Assembly: GCA_050942955.1 (NCBI GenBank)
Contig: JBMNOG010000006.1
Span: 932 to 64,931 of the forward strand
DNA length: 64,000 bases
Direction of reading: 5' to 3'
DNA from: Patescibacteria group bacterium
GTDB taxonomy: Bacteria > Patescibacteriota > Microgenomatia > UBA1400 > UBA1449
Shown piece after piece: positions 1-10,231 of this stretch. A program made the position numbers and the translations under genes. How positions within the stretch are numbered: position 1 is the first letter of the stretch; every line of letters starts with the position of its first letter. The notes under the pieces are model-generated. The model was not told the origin of the DNA, made no database searches, and was given only the letters and a program-made list of their open reading frames with translations.

Positions 1-766
1 CAAATAGAGCTGTTCTTCCAGTCTTAAGCTGATCCATGGCAATTGACCAACCGCTTGAGAATGGCAAAAACTTAGGATTGGCTGGCTGTCCGGGTAAAAG
101 TTGAGCAATAGCAAACACCAACGCTACAGTTTGAAGACCAACGACCACAAAATAGAATATCTTTTTGGCTGCATCCTTAGTTTTAAGAGCATACATTACT
201 GACATTGGCAGTATAATAGATAAAAAGCTTGCCAAGGCTAGTTGAGAGCCAATGGGTGTAAATGTCTTCTGGGCAAAAATTGGTCCCCGAAGAATATTGG
301 GTAAGATTTCCAGAAAAGTGAATACCTGTATCCAGCTCAAGATAAAACTTGAAAGCAAGAGAGAATAAAAAACCCGGTTGATCTTTTTCCTTACTATAAC
401 CAAAGCACTGAAAAGGATAACTGCAAAACTCAATAGTAATCCTGCCTTTCCGTATAGCAAGGCGATCTTATTGCTTGAGCTAAAAAAAACTGAGGCCAGT
501 ACTGCCACTATAAAAAGACATATCGGAACCAGATACTGTTTTGCCGGCAAAATAACTTTTTTTTCTGTAACCATGTAAACACCGGTCAGAATAAGAAGCA
601 GAACTGCCGTAACAGCGGTTAAGAGCCATTTGGGAAAGTCAAAGACATTGGCCGCTACAAAAGGTAGGAAGAGGACAGGAACAGTAAACGCATAGACAAC
701 CAAAACCCAAAGAGCTACATTTTCTATCAGTTTACTAACGTTTTGGGTTGTGTGTTTTTCTTCCAT
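1..766 (-). CDS. Polytopic membrane protein, N-terminal part only; the gene continues past the window start.
   Basis: Reverse-complement reading from ATG at 764-766 gives MEEKHTTQNVSKLIENVALWVLVVYAFTVPVLFLPFV... with no stop through position 1. It is consistently hydrophobic with multiple TM helices. It is absent from the ORF track only because it has no stop inside the window. Confidence 0.6.
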   Translation of the reverse strand, partial: MEEKHTTQNVSKLIENVALWVLVVYAFTVPVLFLPFVAANVFDFPKWLLTAVTAVLLLILTGVYMVTEKKVILPAKQYLVPICLFIVAVLASVFFSSSNKIALLYGKAGLLLSFAVILFSALVIVRKKINRVFYSLLLSSFILSWIQVFTFLEILPNILRGPIFAQKTFTPIGSQLALASFLSIILPMSVMYALKTKDAAKKIFYFVVVGLQTVALVFAIAQLLPGQPANPKFLPFSSGWSIAMDQLKTGRTALF

Positions 767-905
767 AGTAAATCAGAGAACAAATTTATAACCAGGATAT
801 TCTCCAGTGTAACGAGCAGGCAAATAAAAGTAAAGGGTGAATTTTACTTTTTATAACAACAATATCTGTTGATTTATAAAGTAAAAAATGGGCTGATAAA
901 ACCTC

Positions 906-2375
906 TTACTCTGTTAGCAAGATCTTACCAAAACCACTAGGGTTTCCAGGATCTATCTTTCCTACAGGCTCAACTTTTCTAAGTCTAAACTTAACCACAT
1001 CATGTGGTTGAAGAGATACGGTTTGGGATACAGAACCTGGAGAGGTGGCTACAGCCACCACACGCTCATCCCCTCCGCCCTGGAGAAACTCCCATTGCAG
1101 GCGGTACTGCCCTGGAGAAAGATTAGTGAAGGTAAGAGGAACAGACTCAGGCTTCATTTCTCCTAATGAATAATTGCTGGCTACTACTCTTATCTCGTTA
1201 CCTTCTTTCACTGCCCAAGCAGTTACTGCACTGCCTTCGCCGGTAAGCTGCAAGCGCTGCCCACTCATATCTCGCATAAATATAAAGGCTTTATAGCGTG
1301 GTTTGGGAATATAGTTGCCATACGTAAGGATCCCCCATCCAAAGTTACCCTGATCTGGTCCATCTTTTACCTCAAAAGCAAAGGCTTTATCCACCTGTTT
1401 CAGTATTTGTCTCACTGTTGTTACTGCATGAGCTGCAGAAAAGGACGAAGCGTATGCTTCTGTCTTACCAGGATCAGGTCCCCACTCAGATATGATCAAT
1501 TCATACTCCTGGTTTTCTCCTAACCAGGAATGAACTAGTTCAACGTCTTTTGCAAAAATCGTCGGATCGTAGCTATAGCGGTGCCATGAAATAAAATCCA
1601 AGGGAAGGTTTCGTTCCCGGGTAAACCGGACCAATTCAGTCACCCAATTTTTGTAAAGTGCAGTTATTGCAGGACCCCCAAAACGGAACGGTTTAACATT
1701 GGAGTTACTTTTAGCTTTTACTGTTCCTTGGGCAGCATAGTCGTAAAGGGTTAGGTAGTTTTGATCACCGTAGTACTTCCATTTACCAAACTGCTCCAAA
1801 TCCGGCTCATTCCAGACTTCATAATACACACCAGCAATTCCTTTTTCTCCTGAGTAATGGAGAATGGTCTGTTCAACCAGCCACTGCCACTCCTCCCAGT
1901 TATTTGGTTTACTTATCTTGGTAGGAGCAATAGCTGAGGGCATATAGCTTAAAGAAAGAAATGGCCGTGCTCCCATTTTTATAATGCTTTCGACTGCTTC
2001 ATCCAGTTTCCTCCAGGATACCTTAAGGGTTCCATCTTCTCTTTTCACTACCCCGTAGTAGTCATCATCAAAGATGTGATCAAGCCGAATATGCGTAGGA
2101 GAAATTGCCTGCATTGGCCGTTCAGTGCCTGCTAGCATTTGCTTCCCCGGTTCCTCCCCTCCCTGGGCAAACCCTAACCACCAAGGTTCGATATCTCCTT
2201 GCCCTTTTGCAGCATCGACAACGAGATTAGGAGGAAAATACTCTTCAGCCACAAACGTTTCCAACTGCCGTAAAAATGGAGGTCGCAGCCACAGTAAAAA
2301 TCCAGAGATACCCAGACAAACCAGTATAAGTCTAAGAAGACTGGCTGAAATTGATAGTTTCGTTTCTGTGGTCAT
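906..2375 (-). CDS. Membrane-anchored glycoside hydrolase, clan GH-A (GH39/GH5-like).
   Basis: N-terminal TM helix, a YYEVWNEPD motif (catalytic acid/base NEP) and a (beta/alpha)8-like composition. The start overlaps the upstream gene by 4 nt. Confidence 0.6.
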   Translation of the reverse strand: MTTETKLSISASLLRLILVCLGISGFLLWLRPPFLRQLETFVAEEYFPPNLVVDAAKGQGDIEPWWLGFAQGGEEPGKQMLAGTERPMQAISPTHIRLDHIFDDDYYGVVKREDGTLKVSWRKLDEAVESIIKMGARPFLSLSYMPSAIAPTKISKPNNWEEWQWLVEQTILHYSGEKGIAGVYYEVWNEPDLEQFGKWKYYGDQNYLTLYDYAAQGTVKAKSNSNVKPFRFGGPAITALYKNWVTELVRFTRERNLPLDFISWHRYSYDPTIFAKDVELVHSWLGENQEYELIISEWGPDPGKTEAYASSFSAAHAVTTVRQILKQVDKAFAFEVKDGPDQGNFGWGILTYGNYIPKPRYKAFIFMRDMSGQRLQLTGEGSAVTAWAVKEGNEIRVVASNYSLGEMKPESVPLTFTNLSPGQYRLQWEFLQGGGDERVVAVATSPGSVSQTVSLQPHDVVKFRLRKVEPVGKIDPGNPSGFGKILLTE

Positions 2376-2971
2376 AAAGTAATACCTGGTTTTACTACCA
2401 GTATGTTTTCTTCGTTTTCAGAGCCTTTAGCGTAGCTATCCTGAAAAGAATTTGGGGTAAACCGTATCTGTACTTCTGTTTTTTTGGAGAGAAGTTTACG
2501 AACATGTAATTTGCCCAAAAGCAGTTTCCCACTCTGCTGTTTTTCAAAACGGCCAGCGAGAGTAACTATCCCTTTTTCATTATCAACCTCATTTTCCAGA
2601 TAAATATCTGCCTCACCAAAATTTGCCTGAATTCCGAGCAAATCCGGCTGGGCATCAACTACCAGTAAATTTACTGGGTCAAACGCGACTGTAAGGTCTA
2701 CTAGCTTAATCGGCTGTTGTGCTTCTAACCAAAGTGATATCTCATACTCTTCTGCTTTAATTCTTTTTGTTTCTAGCCAGGAGACTACTCTGCCTGAAGG
2801 GCTAGTTTCTTCAGCCACATATAGTTCAGGTATAGTTTCTGTATAAAAAGAAGGTTTATTGGTAGATATCGGAGAAGTGCTGTAGAGATATTCAAGGATA
2901 GTAATAGATAATAAAATGACAAAAAGACTTAAGAAGTAATTAATACCTTGAAGTTTATGGATTTTTTCCAT
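2372..2971 (-). CDS. Hypothetical membrane-anchored protein.
   Basis: 199-aa ORF with an N-terminal TM segment. It is translationally coupled (4-nt overlap) to the downstream hydrolase gene. Confidence 0.5.
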   Translation of the reverse strand: MEKIHKLQGINYFLSLFVILLSITILEYLYSTSPISTNKPSFYTETIPELYVAEETSPSGRVVSWLETKRIKAEEYEISLWLEAQQPIKLVDLTVAFDPVNLLVVDAQPDLLGIQANFGEADIYLENEVDNEKGIVTLAGRFEKQQSGKLLLGKLHVRKLLSKKTEVQIRFTPNSFQDSYAKGSENEENILVVKPGITL

Positions 2972-3034
2972 ACATTTACTAAAGCGTATCCATAATAAGA
3001 ATGCAAGAGAGAGGAGGAAGCAATAAATAAGCTG

Positions 3035-3244
3035 TTATTTTTTTTCTGAGGTTTTAATTTTCCCTCTAAATTTATCTTCTTTTGCGGTTTTCAAAATACT
3101 GCGGCAGATCATACAGTAAATAGGAGGTTTTAAGCCTTTTGCCTTGTAGAATTCCTGTTCTTGCGCTGTCCAAACAAACTGTTGCTTGCACTGTTTGCAA
3201 GTAATAACAATATCCTTTTTCATAATATCTATCTGTCTTGTCAT
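3035..3244 (-). CDS. Small zinc-ribbon protein (probable zinc-ribbon domain family).
   Basis: 69-aa protein with CKQCKQQF...YCMICRS (CxxC-x20-CxxC) and a lysine-rich tail. Confidence 0.55.
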   Translation of the reverse strand: MTRQIDIMKKDIVITCKQCKQQFVWTAQEQEFYKAKGLKPPIYCMICRSILKTAKEDKFRGKIKTSEKK

Positions 3245-3314
3245 TCTGATTTAATCTCAGAATCTCTTTTTCAAATTCTTAATTTTTCATTGCTAATTGA
3301 TAATTATATCTCTG

Positions 3315-3386
3315 TGGACCTACCGAGAATCGAACTCGGGTCCCAGCAATGCGAATGCTGTGCTCTACCAACTAAGCTATAGGCCC
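3315..3386 (-). tRNA. tRNA-Ala(CGC).
   Basis: The reverse complement GGGCCTATAGCTTAGTTGGTAGAGCACAGCATTCGCATTGCTGGGACCCGAGTTCGATTCTCGGTAGGTCCA folds as a cloverleaf. It has the G3:U70 Ala identity pair, anticodon loop TTCGCAT and a GTTCGATTC T-loop. No CCA is encoded. Confidence 0.85.
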
Positions 3387-3426
3387 AGAATAGATATATT
3401 GTACCACCTGAATGGAGAAGAAAAGA

Positions 3427-4551
3427 TTATTTCAGGTATGCTAAGGGGTCTTGGTTAGCTCCATTGTAGCGGACTTCGAAATGTAGATGAACACCGGTTG
3501 AACGGCCCGTGCTCCCCATTTTTCCTATAGCATCACCGCGGTTAACCCTCTGGCCAGCTTTAACATACAGTGATTGCATGTGCGCATACAGAGTAACAAA
3601 ACCATTGCCATGATCAATAATGACACGATTGGCATACCCTGAGTTGTCAGGCCAACCGGAAACCAGGACTGTTCCGGAGTCAGCTGCCAGAATATCGGGA
3701 GCACTGGAGTTAGCAATATCCAAACCTTTGTGGTACCAAACAAACCGCTGAGTAATACGACCACTTGTGGGCCAAACAAAGTTACCTGTCGCCGATACTG
3801 CTCCAGCATCAGGAGTTTGCCTATTAGCCAAGGTAGCATTCGGTGCCCACAGTGTTTCTCTAGGTTTAACACCATCAGGCACAATAAGGAGCTGTCCTAC
3901 TGCCAAACCGAAGTTTTCATCGTCTGTGTAGGTGTTAAAGGGCCAGTTAACAATCACCTGAGGATCAACACCATACTTTTTAGCAATTGAATAAATAGTA
4001 TCACCACGCTTAACTTTATGAACAATGCCGTCAATAGGAGGGATTTCCAGTGTCTGTCCGACTTTTATATCATCAACTGACTTAAGGTCATTTTGCCAGC
4101 GGATTGTATCTGCTGTTAATCCGAATTTCTTAGCAATAGAAGACAGAGTTTCTCCAGACTGGACTACATACGTCCTAATAGAGCTCTCAGGCTTAATTGA
4201 AATCTGGGTAGTTAAAGCTGCAGCCTGGACATCTATACTCTGACCCAATACTGCACCCCCTACTCCTTCACTTACATCCTGAGGGTCAGTAGGTAAAGCA
4301 TCGCGCACTAGAGGCGCTACCGCCAACCCAACCAAAAACAGCCCTGTCATGGAAGTGTGTAAAAAGGGACGGACATATTTACCCCTTTTTGTAGTTAATC
4401 CTCCAACAACCACATCTTTGGCATCTTCAAAGCGGTAGAAGTAGAAAAAAAGACGGCGGTTAATGTATGACGAAAGTGCCAGGAAGAATTGATACAAACT
4501 TTTGAAATAGTCAGCAACAGGCGCAACAACAGGAACACCAAGCTTTTTCAT
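3427..4551 (-). CDS. Peptidoglycan hydrolase with 2 LysM domains and an M23 (LytM-type) metallopeptidase domain.
   Basis: Two LysM-like repeats (YVVQSGETLSSIAKKFG..., HKVKRGDTIYSIAKKYG...) and C-terminal M23 motifs HKGLDIA ... GSTGRSTGVHLHFEVR. N-terminal TM anchor. Confidence 0.8.
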   Translation of the reverse strand: MKKLGVPVVAPVADYFKSLYQFFLALSSYINRRLFFYFYRFEDAKDVVVGGLTTKRGKYVRPFLHTSMTGLFLVGLAVAPLVRDALPTDPQDVSEGVGGAVLGQSIDVQAAALTTQISIKPESSIRTYVVQSGETLSSIAKKFGLTADTIRWQNDLKSVDDIKVGQTLEIPPIDGIVHKVKRGDTIYSIAKKYGVDPQVIVNWPFNTYTDDENFGLAVGQLLIVPDGVKPRETLWAPNATLANRQTPDAGAVSATGNFVWPTSGRITQRFVWYHKGLDIANSSAPDILAADSGTVLVSGWPDNSGYANRVIIDHGNGFVTLYAHMQSLYVKAGQRVNRGDAIGKMGSTGRSTGVHLHFEVRYNGANQDPLAYLK

Positions 4552-4885
4552 AGTGTAAGCTAGTATAGAAAAGCAAAGCTATTATTTCAAGAGAAGAAAA
4601 GCTAAAAAGTACGAAGTTACAAGAGCGAGGTACCAAGTAGGAAGAACCAGGTGCAAGGTGCGAAGCGCTAATTCGAAGCTTTATAAAAGCGAAGGATGGA
4701 AATTTTGGAAGGATGTTCCTCATCTTTTTGAGTGAAAGGTACAGGCAGGCAGGCTAATAAGGGTGTCCTTTTTTTTCTCTTTCTTTGCGGAAAAGAGAAG
4801 AAAGTTTTAGGACACGCAGGAAAAATAGCATATTTACTTCAGGTAACCAAAGAAAGACGACAATTTTTTTATCAATCCAATTAAA

Positions 4886-4915
4886 AAAGGAGGCAAGGTG
4901 TACACCTTGCCTCCT
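4886..4915. terminator. Bidirectional rho-independent terminator downstream of rho.
   Basis: Perfect palindrome AGGAGGCAAGGTGTACACCTTGCCTCCT flanked by A6 on one side and T-rich sequence on the other, 20-50 nt after the rho stop. Confidence 0.7.
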
Positions 4916-4936
4916 TTAAAAAACTAACAAAATTGT

Positions 4937-6271
4937 TTACTTCCCTAAACTCTCCAGAAATTCCTGGTTGTTATCTGTTTTTGCCAGCCTCTCCATGAGA
5001 ATTTCGGTTCTTTCCTGAGCTCCCAGCATATCAATCATCGTGATCAGGGTTTTAATCTTGTCATATGTCTTTTTATCAAACAGAAGTTGATCCTGACGTG
5101 TCCCTGATTTCTGAACATCAATAGCAGGGTAAATACGGCGTTCAGCCAATTTCCTGTCAAGGTGAAGCTCCATGTTGCCTGTCCCCTTGAACTCTTCGTA
5201 GATAAGGTCATCCATACGGGAACCGGTATCAACTAACGCTGTACCAAGGATGGTCAGTGAGCCGGTTTTCTTACCATCATAGGTATCAAACTCTTCAAAG
5301 TTTCTGGCAGCTCCAAAGAAACGCTTGGGTGGGTACAAAGCAGCCGGGTCAAACCCTCCGGAAAGGGTCCTTCCAGATGTAGGAATAGCCAGGTTGTAGG
5401 CTCTAGCTAAACGGGTAATTGAGTCCAAAAGGATAACTACATGGTTACCAAGTTCAACTAAACGTTTCGCTCTTTCAAGAGCCAATTCTGCCACTTTTAC
5501 CTGTCTCTCAGGCGGTTCATCAAAGTTAGAAGCAGCTACTTCTCCTCTAATTGAACGACTGATATCCGTTACTTCCTCAGGCCGCTCACCCACTAAAACT
5601 GCCATTAAATACGAATCAGGATAGTTGGTAGTTAACCCATTCGCAATTTCTTTTAAGATTGTTGTCTTTCCAGCTTTAGGCGGAGAAACAATTAACCCTC
5701 TCTGACCTCTTCCCACAGGGGCCACCAAGTCAATAAGACGGGTGGAAAGTATTTCTTTTTTCGTTTCAAGGTTATACTGTTTATCAGGGTAAACAGGGAC
5801 AAGTCTATCAAACACTACCCGATTGCTTTCATTAAGTTTATCAACAGCAACACCGTTTACTTCAGTCACTTTAAGAAGTCCCCAGTAGCGCTCAGATTCC
5901 TTCGGACGGCGGGCGGGACCTTTAACCATATCGCCAGGCCTTAGACGAAAGCGGCGGATTTGGCTTGTTGAAATATAGACATCCCTGTCAGATGGAGCAA
6001 ACTCTGGTCGTAAAAGACCATGGCCATTGTGTTCCATATCCAGAACACCATAAACCTCTTCAGTCGGCACTCCAGCATCAGGGATAACTCGATCATCAAC
6101 CACGCCATCAAACCTTCTTCCTCCATTCCTCTTTGGACTTGGAGAGGGGGCAGATTTTCCGGATGGCTTAGAATCCATACCTACTAATTTATCAATATCA
6201 TCTGCATTAACAGAATTATCTGTTGTTTGATTTTTTTCTGAAGAAGAAGTAGAAGTCTTTGTTGGAGACAT
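4937..6271 (-). CDS. rho: Transcription termination factor Rho with a low-complexity N-terminal extension.
   Basis: Rho-specific CSD/RNA-binding region, Walker A GKT (PPKAGKTTIL) and a RecA-like core. 444 aa with an S/T/P-rich N-terminal insertion. Confidence 0.92.
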   Translation of the reverse strand: MSPTKTSTSSSEKNQTTDNSVNADDIDKLVGMDSKPSGKSAPSPSPKRNGGRRFDGVVDDRVIPDAGVPTEEVYGVLDMEHNGHGLLRPEFAPSDRDVYISTSQIRRFRLRPGDMVKGPARRPKESERYWGLLKVTEVNGVAVDKLNESNRVVFDRLVPVYPDKQYNLETKKEILSTRLIDLVAPVGRGQRGLIVSPPKAGKTTILKEIANGLTTNYPDSYLMAVLVGERPEEVTDISRSIRGEVAASNFDEPPERQVKVAELALERAKRLVELGNHVVILLDSITRLARAYNLAIPTSGRTLSGGFDPAALYPPKRFFGAARNFEEFDTYDGKKTGSLTILGTALVDTGSRMDDLIYEEFKGTGNMELHLDRKLAERRIYPAIDVQKSGTRQDQLLFDKKTYDKIKTLITMIDMLGAQERTEILMERLAKTDNNQEFLESLGK

Positions 6272-7048
6272 ACATCATCCTTTCATATATTAAAGTATTG
6301 TTTATAACTGCAAACGCTAATTTATGGTCATGCACCAGGTTTTGTATAAAAACTTAATTTACTAAACTTTGGTAAAGGGAAAGGAAACAGTTTACCAAGT
6401 GCACATGTGTTGTTTTTTATTCTTCTCTTACCATGAAAAAATAGGAATTTGAAAATGCAAATTTCGAGGAAAACGTAACGTTCTTAGCCTAACACAGCCC
6501 TTATCTCTTGTCAATTTTTGCTTTCGATACTCTAATCGGGATTCGAAAGCCTGCCCTACTCTCGAATCCCCATTACAAGCTCGATCTACCAGCTCACAAG
6601 TTGAATGTCACCACGTTAACTTCTTGACACCAGCACTAACTTTTGCTATGTTAGTTTTACAAGGTATTCTTTATTCCTGTCCTTATAAAGAATCCTTAAT
6701 TTAAGAGAGAGCATTGCTATTCGTCCACATTCTGCTGCCTGGTAGAATATAAAGGAGCGATAGTAATGCTTTCTTTTTTTGCTTCGAGCTGTCAATGTAT
6801 GCTTCCCTTTTAACAGGCTAAGCAAACGCCTTATATCTTCTATAATAACACCCAAAACAGCTCCTGTCAATCCTATAACATCGAGCAATTTCGGGTTTCC
6901 TTTTCTCCTGTTTTTAGTGCCTTTTTATGGGATATACAAAGAGCATTTATTGTATTCAAAAATAAGTTCTATAATTTATTTTATAATAAATAATACTTCG
7001 GTCTTTTTGTGGGTAATTTGTAATCTATTTGGAGGTTTTGTTGCGAAA

Positions 7049-8215
7049 TCACTCAAGCCGTTCTTTTAATATAAGGACTCTTTCAACTGAGTCTTCAAGG
7101 CGTTTCCTTAAATGATCTTCCTTGTCGAATGCTGCCTCTAATCTCTCGCAAACCGGCCTGTAGTTATTCAAATCGCTAACAATAAATAGATCTGCTCCGG
7201 CTGTAAAGCTCTGCAGCACAAACTCATCAAGCTTTTGCTGGCTGGTTACTGCCTTCATGGTAACGTCATCTACAACAACCACACCTGAAAATTGCAGTTC
7301 CCCTCTTAGAAGGTCTGCAATAAAGTACGGCGAAGCACTGGTAATAGCGGGATCAATGTGTGGATACATAAGGTGCGTAACCATAACAGCCCCTGCCCCA
7401 CTATCAATAACCTGTTTAAATGCCTTTAAATCCGTCGCTAGCTCTGTTTTATCCAGATTGATCTTGGGTAGTACCTGGTGAGGATCGGAAACTGTATACC
7501 CTAAACCTCCGGGAAAGTGCTTGGCAACAGGAATTATTCCTATCTTCTTATACCCTTCAACCATAGCGGTCGCCAGTTTAGCTGAGTTAGCGGTAAATGC
7601 CCGTCCTTGCCTTTCAATAAACGAGGTTTTAACAGTACTACCTGTCGTTTCAACAACTGGCGCAAAATTTACATTAATTCCCAAATCTTTTAGTTCTTTC
7701 CCTCTTTTTACAGCAACTTGTACAGCTTCCTTGTAAGTTGTAATCTCAGACTGAGCCGTAGTATCTATCCAAGGAATCCGGCTCACCCTCCCCCCTTCCT
7801 GGTCAACAGCTATAAATGGCTTAATGCCCGAGAGAGTTGCCTGTTTGGCAATGGCTGCTGTTAACTCTTTAAGTTGATCAGGGTTTTTTATATTTTTATT
7901 AAGAAGCATGAAACCGCTGATTTCACCATTTTGCAGTAATATTTTTTCCTCTTCTGCAAGGGTTGTGCTTTCAAGCGTAGTGATCAGCAACTGACCTATT
8001 TTTTGCCTGTATGATAGTTTTGACATTTTCATCTTAACTTCCTGAGCTTCTGGGGGTAAGTTTGGTACCAGAGAACTCCGGTAGGACGGCTCTTTAAGAA
8101 ACACGGCTCCAAAAGCACACCAGAGCGCTACTAGCACAACCAAACTAATGGTATTACCTATTAAGATTCTTTTACAATTGAGCCGGTGAAAAACTGAGCG
8201 GGATACTTGTCGCAT
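7049..8215 (-). CDS. nagZ: Beta-N-acetylhexosaminidase, glycoside hydrolase family 3 (NagZ-like).
   Basis: GH3 N-terminal domain with a KHFPGGLG (KHFPGhG) motif; N-terminal TM anchor. Confidence 0.75.
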   Translation of the reverse strand: MRQVSRSVFHRLNCKRILIGNTISLVVLVALWCAFGAVFLKEPSYRSSLVPNLPPEAQEVKMKMSKLSYRQKIGQLLITTLESTTLAEEEKILLQNGEISGFMLLNKNIKNPDQLKELTAAIAKQATLSGIKPFIAVDQEGGRVSRIPWIDTTAQSEITTYKEAVQVAVKRGKELKDLGINVNFAPVVETTGSTVKTSFIERQGRAFTANSAKLATAMVEGYKKIGIIPVAKHFPGGLGYTVSDPHQVLPKINLDKTELATDLKAFKQVIDSGAGAVMVTHLMYPHIDPAITSASPYFIADLLRGELQFSGVVVVDDVTMKAVTSQQKLDEFVLQSFTAGADLFIVSDLNNYRPVCERLEAAFDKEDHLRKRLEDSVERVLILKERLE

Positions 8216-8423
8216 AAGGCTGTAAATGATAGTATACTAAGTCTGTTATTGTGTGTACCAGGGTCTGGAAAATGCCTTGTAATCACTTTAACAACACAGA
8301 GGAGTTGTATATTTTAATCCCTTGAGTCACAAAGTGACGAAAGGGAGAGATCAATTATCCCTTTTGAGGGATAAAGCCTCTCAGTTAAGGACATATTCAA
8401 AGTTTCTGATACTTTAACAACAC

Positions 8424-8509
8424 GGAGGAGTCGCATAGAGGTCAATTGCAGCGGTTTGCTAAACCGCGCCCCGATTTGGGGCCCGTGGGTTCAAATCCCA
8501 CCTCCTCCG
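8424..8509 (+). tRNA. tRNA-Ser(GCU).
   Basis: GGAGGAG acceptor stem pairing with CTCCTCC, anticodon stem-loop GCGGT/TTGCTAA/ACCGC (anticodon GCT), a long variable arm CCCCGATTTGGGG and a GTTCAAATC T-loop. Confidence 0.85.
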
Positions 8510-8575
8510 CAAACTTCATTAAGATTATAGAATACTCTCGTCTCTAATCTCTTCCCTAATCCTCTATTCTAAAAA

Positions 8576-10180
8576 CTATTCCTGAATTAAAGAGTCAAAC
8601 CCTCTATGTGTTTCGGATTCTAAAGTAGGGTTTATGTAAAGTACTAGGTCTTCAGCAAGGTAAGTAGATCTCTTAAGAAGCGGGTTTTTTGAAGAAGAAT
8701 GGAAACGATATTCCTGTTCTTTTATCATGGTGCCCTTGACCTCTTTCAAAAAAGTTAGCTGTCCCGACTCAATTTCGTCACCCATAGTGCTGTTAATTAG
8801 GAGGTAGTCAACCGTATTAGGGTCATTTTGCAACTTACCGTCCCGTATCTCCTGGTCATACTCAGTCTTTGAATACCACTCTACATTAGGAAACAAAACT
8901 TTGTTATTTTTATCTATCCGCAAATCCAGAAAAACAAAATTATCTGCCACAATAACAGCCTGTTTATCTTGAATACTTTGCAAGCTTTCCAGTGCCTGCA
9001 ACTGGTTAGCAGTAGCATTTTCAAGGTAAAGAAACTCACCCTCTTTGAGCCAAAACATCGTTAATACTGCTAAGGGTAAAAACCAGCTCAACGGATGTTT
9101 TTTTATAAAACCATTAACTCGGGCTTCAAAAGTGAGTAAGTGTATCAGAAAACAGATTTGCAAAACTAGAAGGGGTAAAAGTGGAATAATGTAAAAATCA
9201 AGAATTGTTCCTCCTCGAATAAGAAAAAAGGTAAAAAATACACTCATAAGTGCTAACCCAATAACCACTTTATTTTTGTGCTGAAAAAGAAGGTTAAGAA
9301 CTAATGCTCCAAAACCAGCGCCAATCAACCATGGATCTATCTGCAGCCAGAAATCAAGTTTTTGACATAGGTCACTGCCTTCTTTCCAAAATAACAATCC
9401 TGAACCTCGTTTAACCTGAAAAAACAAGGTTTCGACAAAACTCACATGTTCTCCTCCGGGCAAAAACTCGCCTTTAAGAAAAGCAAGTAAAGGAAAAAGA
9501 CTTAATAAAAACCCGGTAGTAACTAAAGCTAGAAGTGTCTGGTAACGTCTGTTAACCTTACTGTTCAGGACATGCACCATATAGAGAAAAGGCGGTACTA
9601 CAAACAAAAGCGATTCCTTCGAAAGAACTGCAGCAGCCAAAAAGACACTACCCAAAAACACGTTTTTACCTTTGCTTGGCTCTCTAAGAAAAACAAAAAG
9701 ACTGACAAGCAGCCAAAAAGAAGCTAGGTTATCTAAAAGTACTTGCCTATGAAATAAAACTGCCAGTGGTGAAAACGCAAAAACCACCACTCCAAACAAA
9801 GCAATAAAAACGGACTTCGTGACATTATGGATAAGTTTGAACAGAAAAACACTGGAAAGACTGCTCACAAGGATCATAAACAGCCTCCCGGAGAACAAGG
9901 AAAAGCCAAAAGCGAAAGGCCCTCCTGTAAGCTTTTGCCACAAACCTATCTGCAACCAACCCAAAGGAAAGTGGTCATACCAATATGTGTAGGGCCCCAT
10001 TTCCTTAAAGTGAGTCCACCACCAAGCCTGGGAAACATAAATACCCTCATCTCCTAAAAACTTAGGAAACCGCCAGAAGCCGACCAGTAAAGGTATGGCT
10101 GTTAAGAGAAATACTAGTACTAAGGGTAGTAAAGAGTTTGGGTTTGCAACAGCTGGTAATTTTACCTGTTTTTGCTTCAC
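8576..10180 (-). CDS. GT-C family glycosyltransferase (GT39/ArnT/PMT-like).
   Basis: 534-aa protein with about 12 TM helices, an N-terminal periplasmic-loop acidic motif region and a C-terminal soluble domain, typical of lipid-linked sugar transferases. Confidence 0.6.
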   Translation of the reverse strand: MKQKQVKLPAVANPNSLLPLVLVFLLTAIPLLVGFWRFPKFLGDEGIYVSQAWWWTHFKEMGPYTYWYDHFPLGWLQIGLWQKLTGGPFAFGFSLFSGRLFMILVSSLSSVFLFKLIHNVTKSVFIALFGVVVFAFSPLAVLFHRQVLLDNLASFWLLVSLFVFLREPSKGKNVFLGSVFLAAAVLSKESLLFVVPPFLYMVHVLNSKVNRRYQTLLALVTTGFLLSLFPLLAFLKGEFLPGGEHVSFVETLFFQVKRGSGLLFWKEGSDLCQKLDFWLQIDPWLIGAGFGALVLNLLFQHKNKVVIGLALMSVFFTFFLIRGGTILDFYIIPLLPLLVLQICFLIHLLTFEARVNGFIKKHPLSWFLPLAVLTMFWLKEGEFLYLENATANQLQALESLQSIQDKQAVIVADNFVFLDLRIDKNNKVLFPNVEWYSKTEYDQEIRDGKLQNDPNTVDYLLINSTMGDEIESGQLTFLKEVKGTMIKEQEYRFHSSSKNPLLKRSTYLAEDLVLYINPTLESETHRGFDSLIQE

Positions 10181-10231
10181 CCTTTTAGTATACCCAAATT
10201 CTCACCTGCTATGCTATCCGGGCATGCAGAC

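Noticed and set aside
3525-4243. ORFs 3525-3884 (-), 3730-3990 (+) and 4025-4243 (+) within or antisense to the LysM/M23 peptidase gene.
   Set aside because: They are alternate-frame or antisense frames nested in a gene with clear domain motifs.
6473-6660. Plus-strand sigma70-like promoter (TTGACA-N17-TATGTT) in the rho upstream region.
   Set aside because: The orientation is opposite to all nearby genes and no credible plus-strand gene lies downstream. It is probably a chance match in AT-rich DNA.
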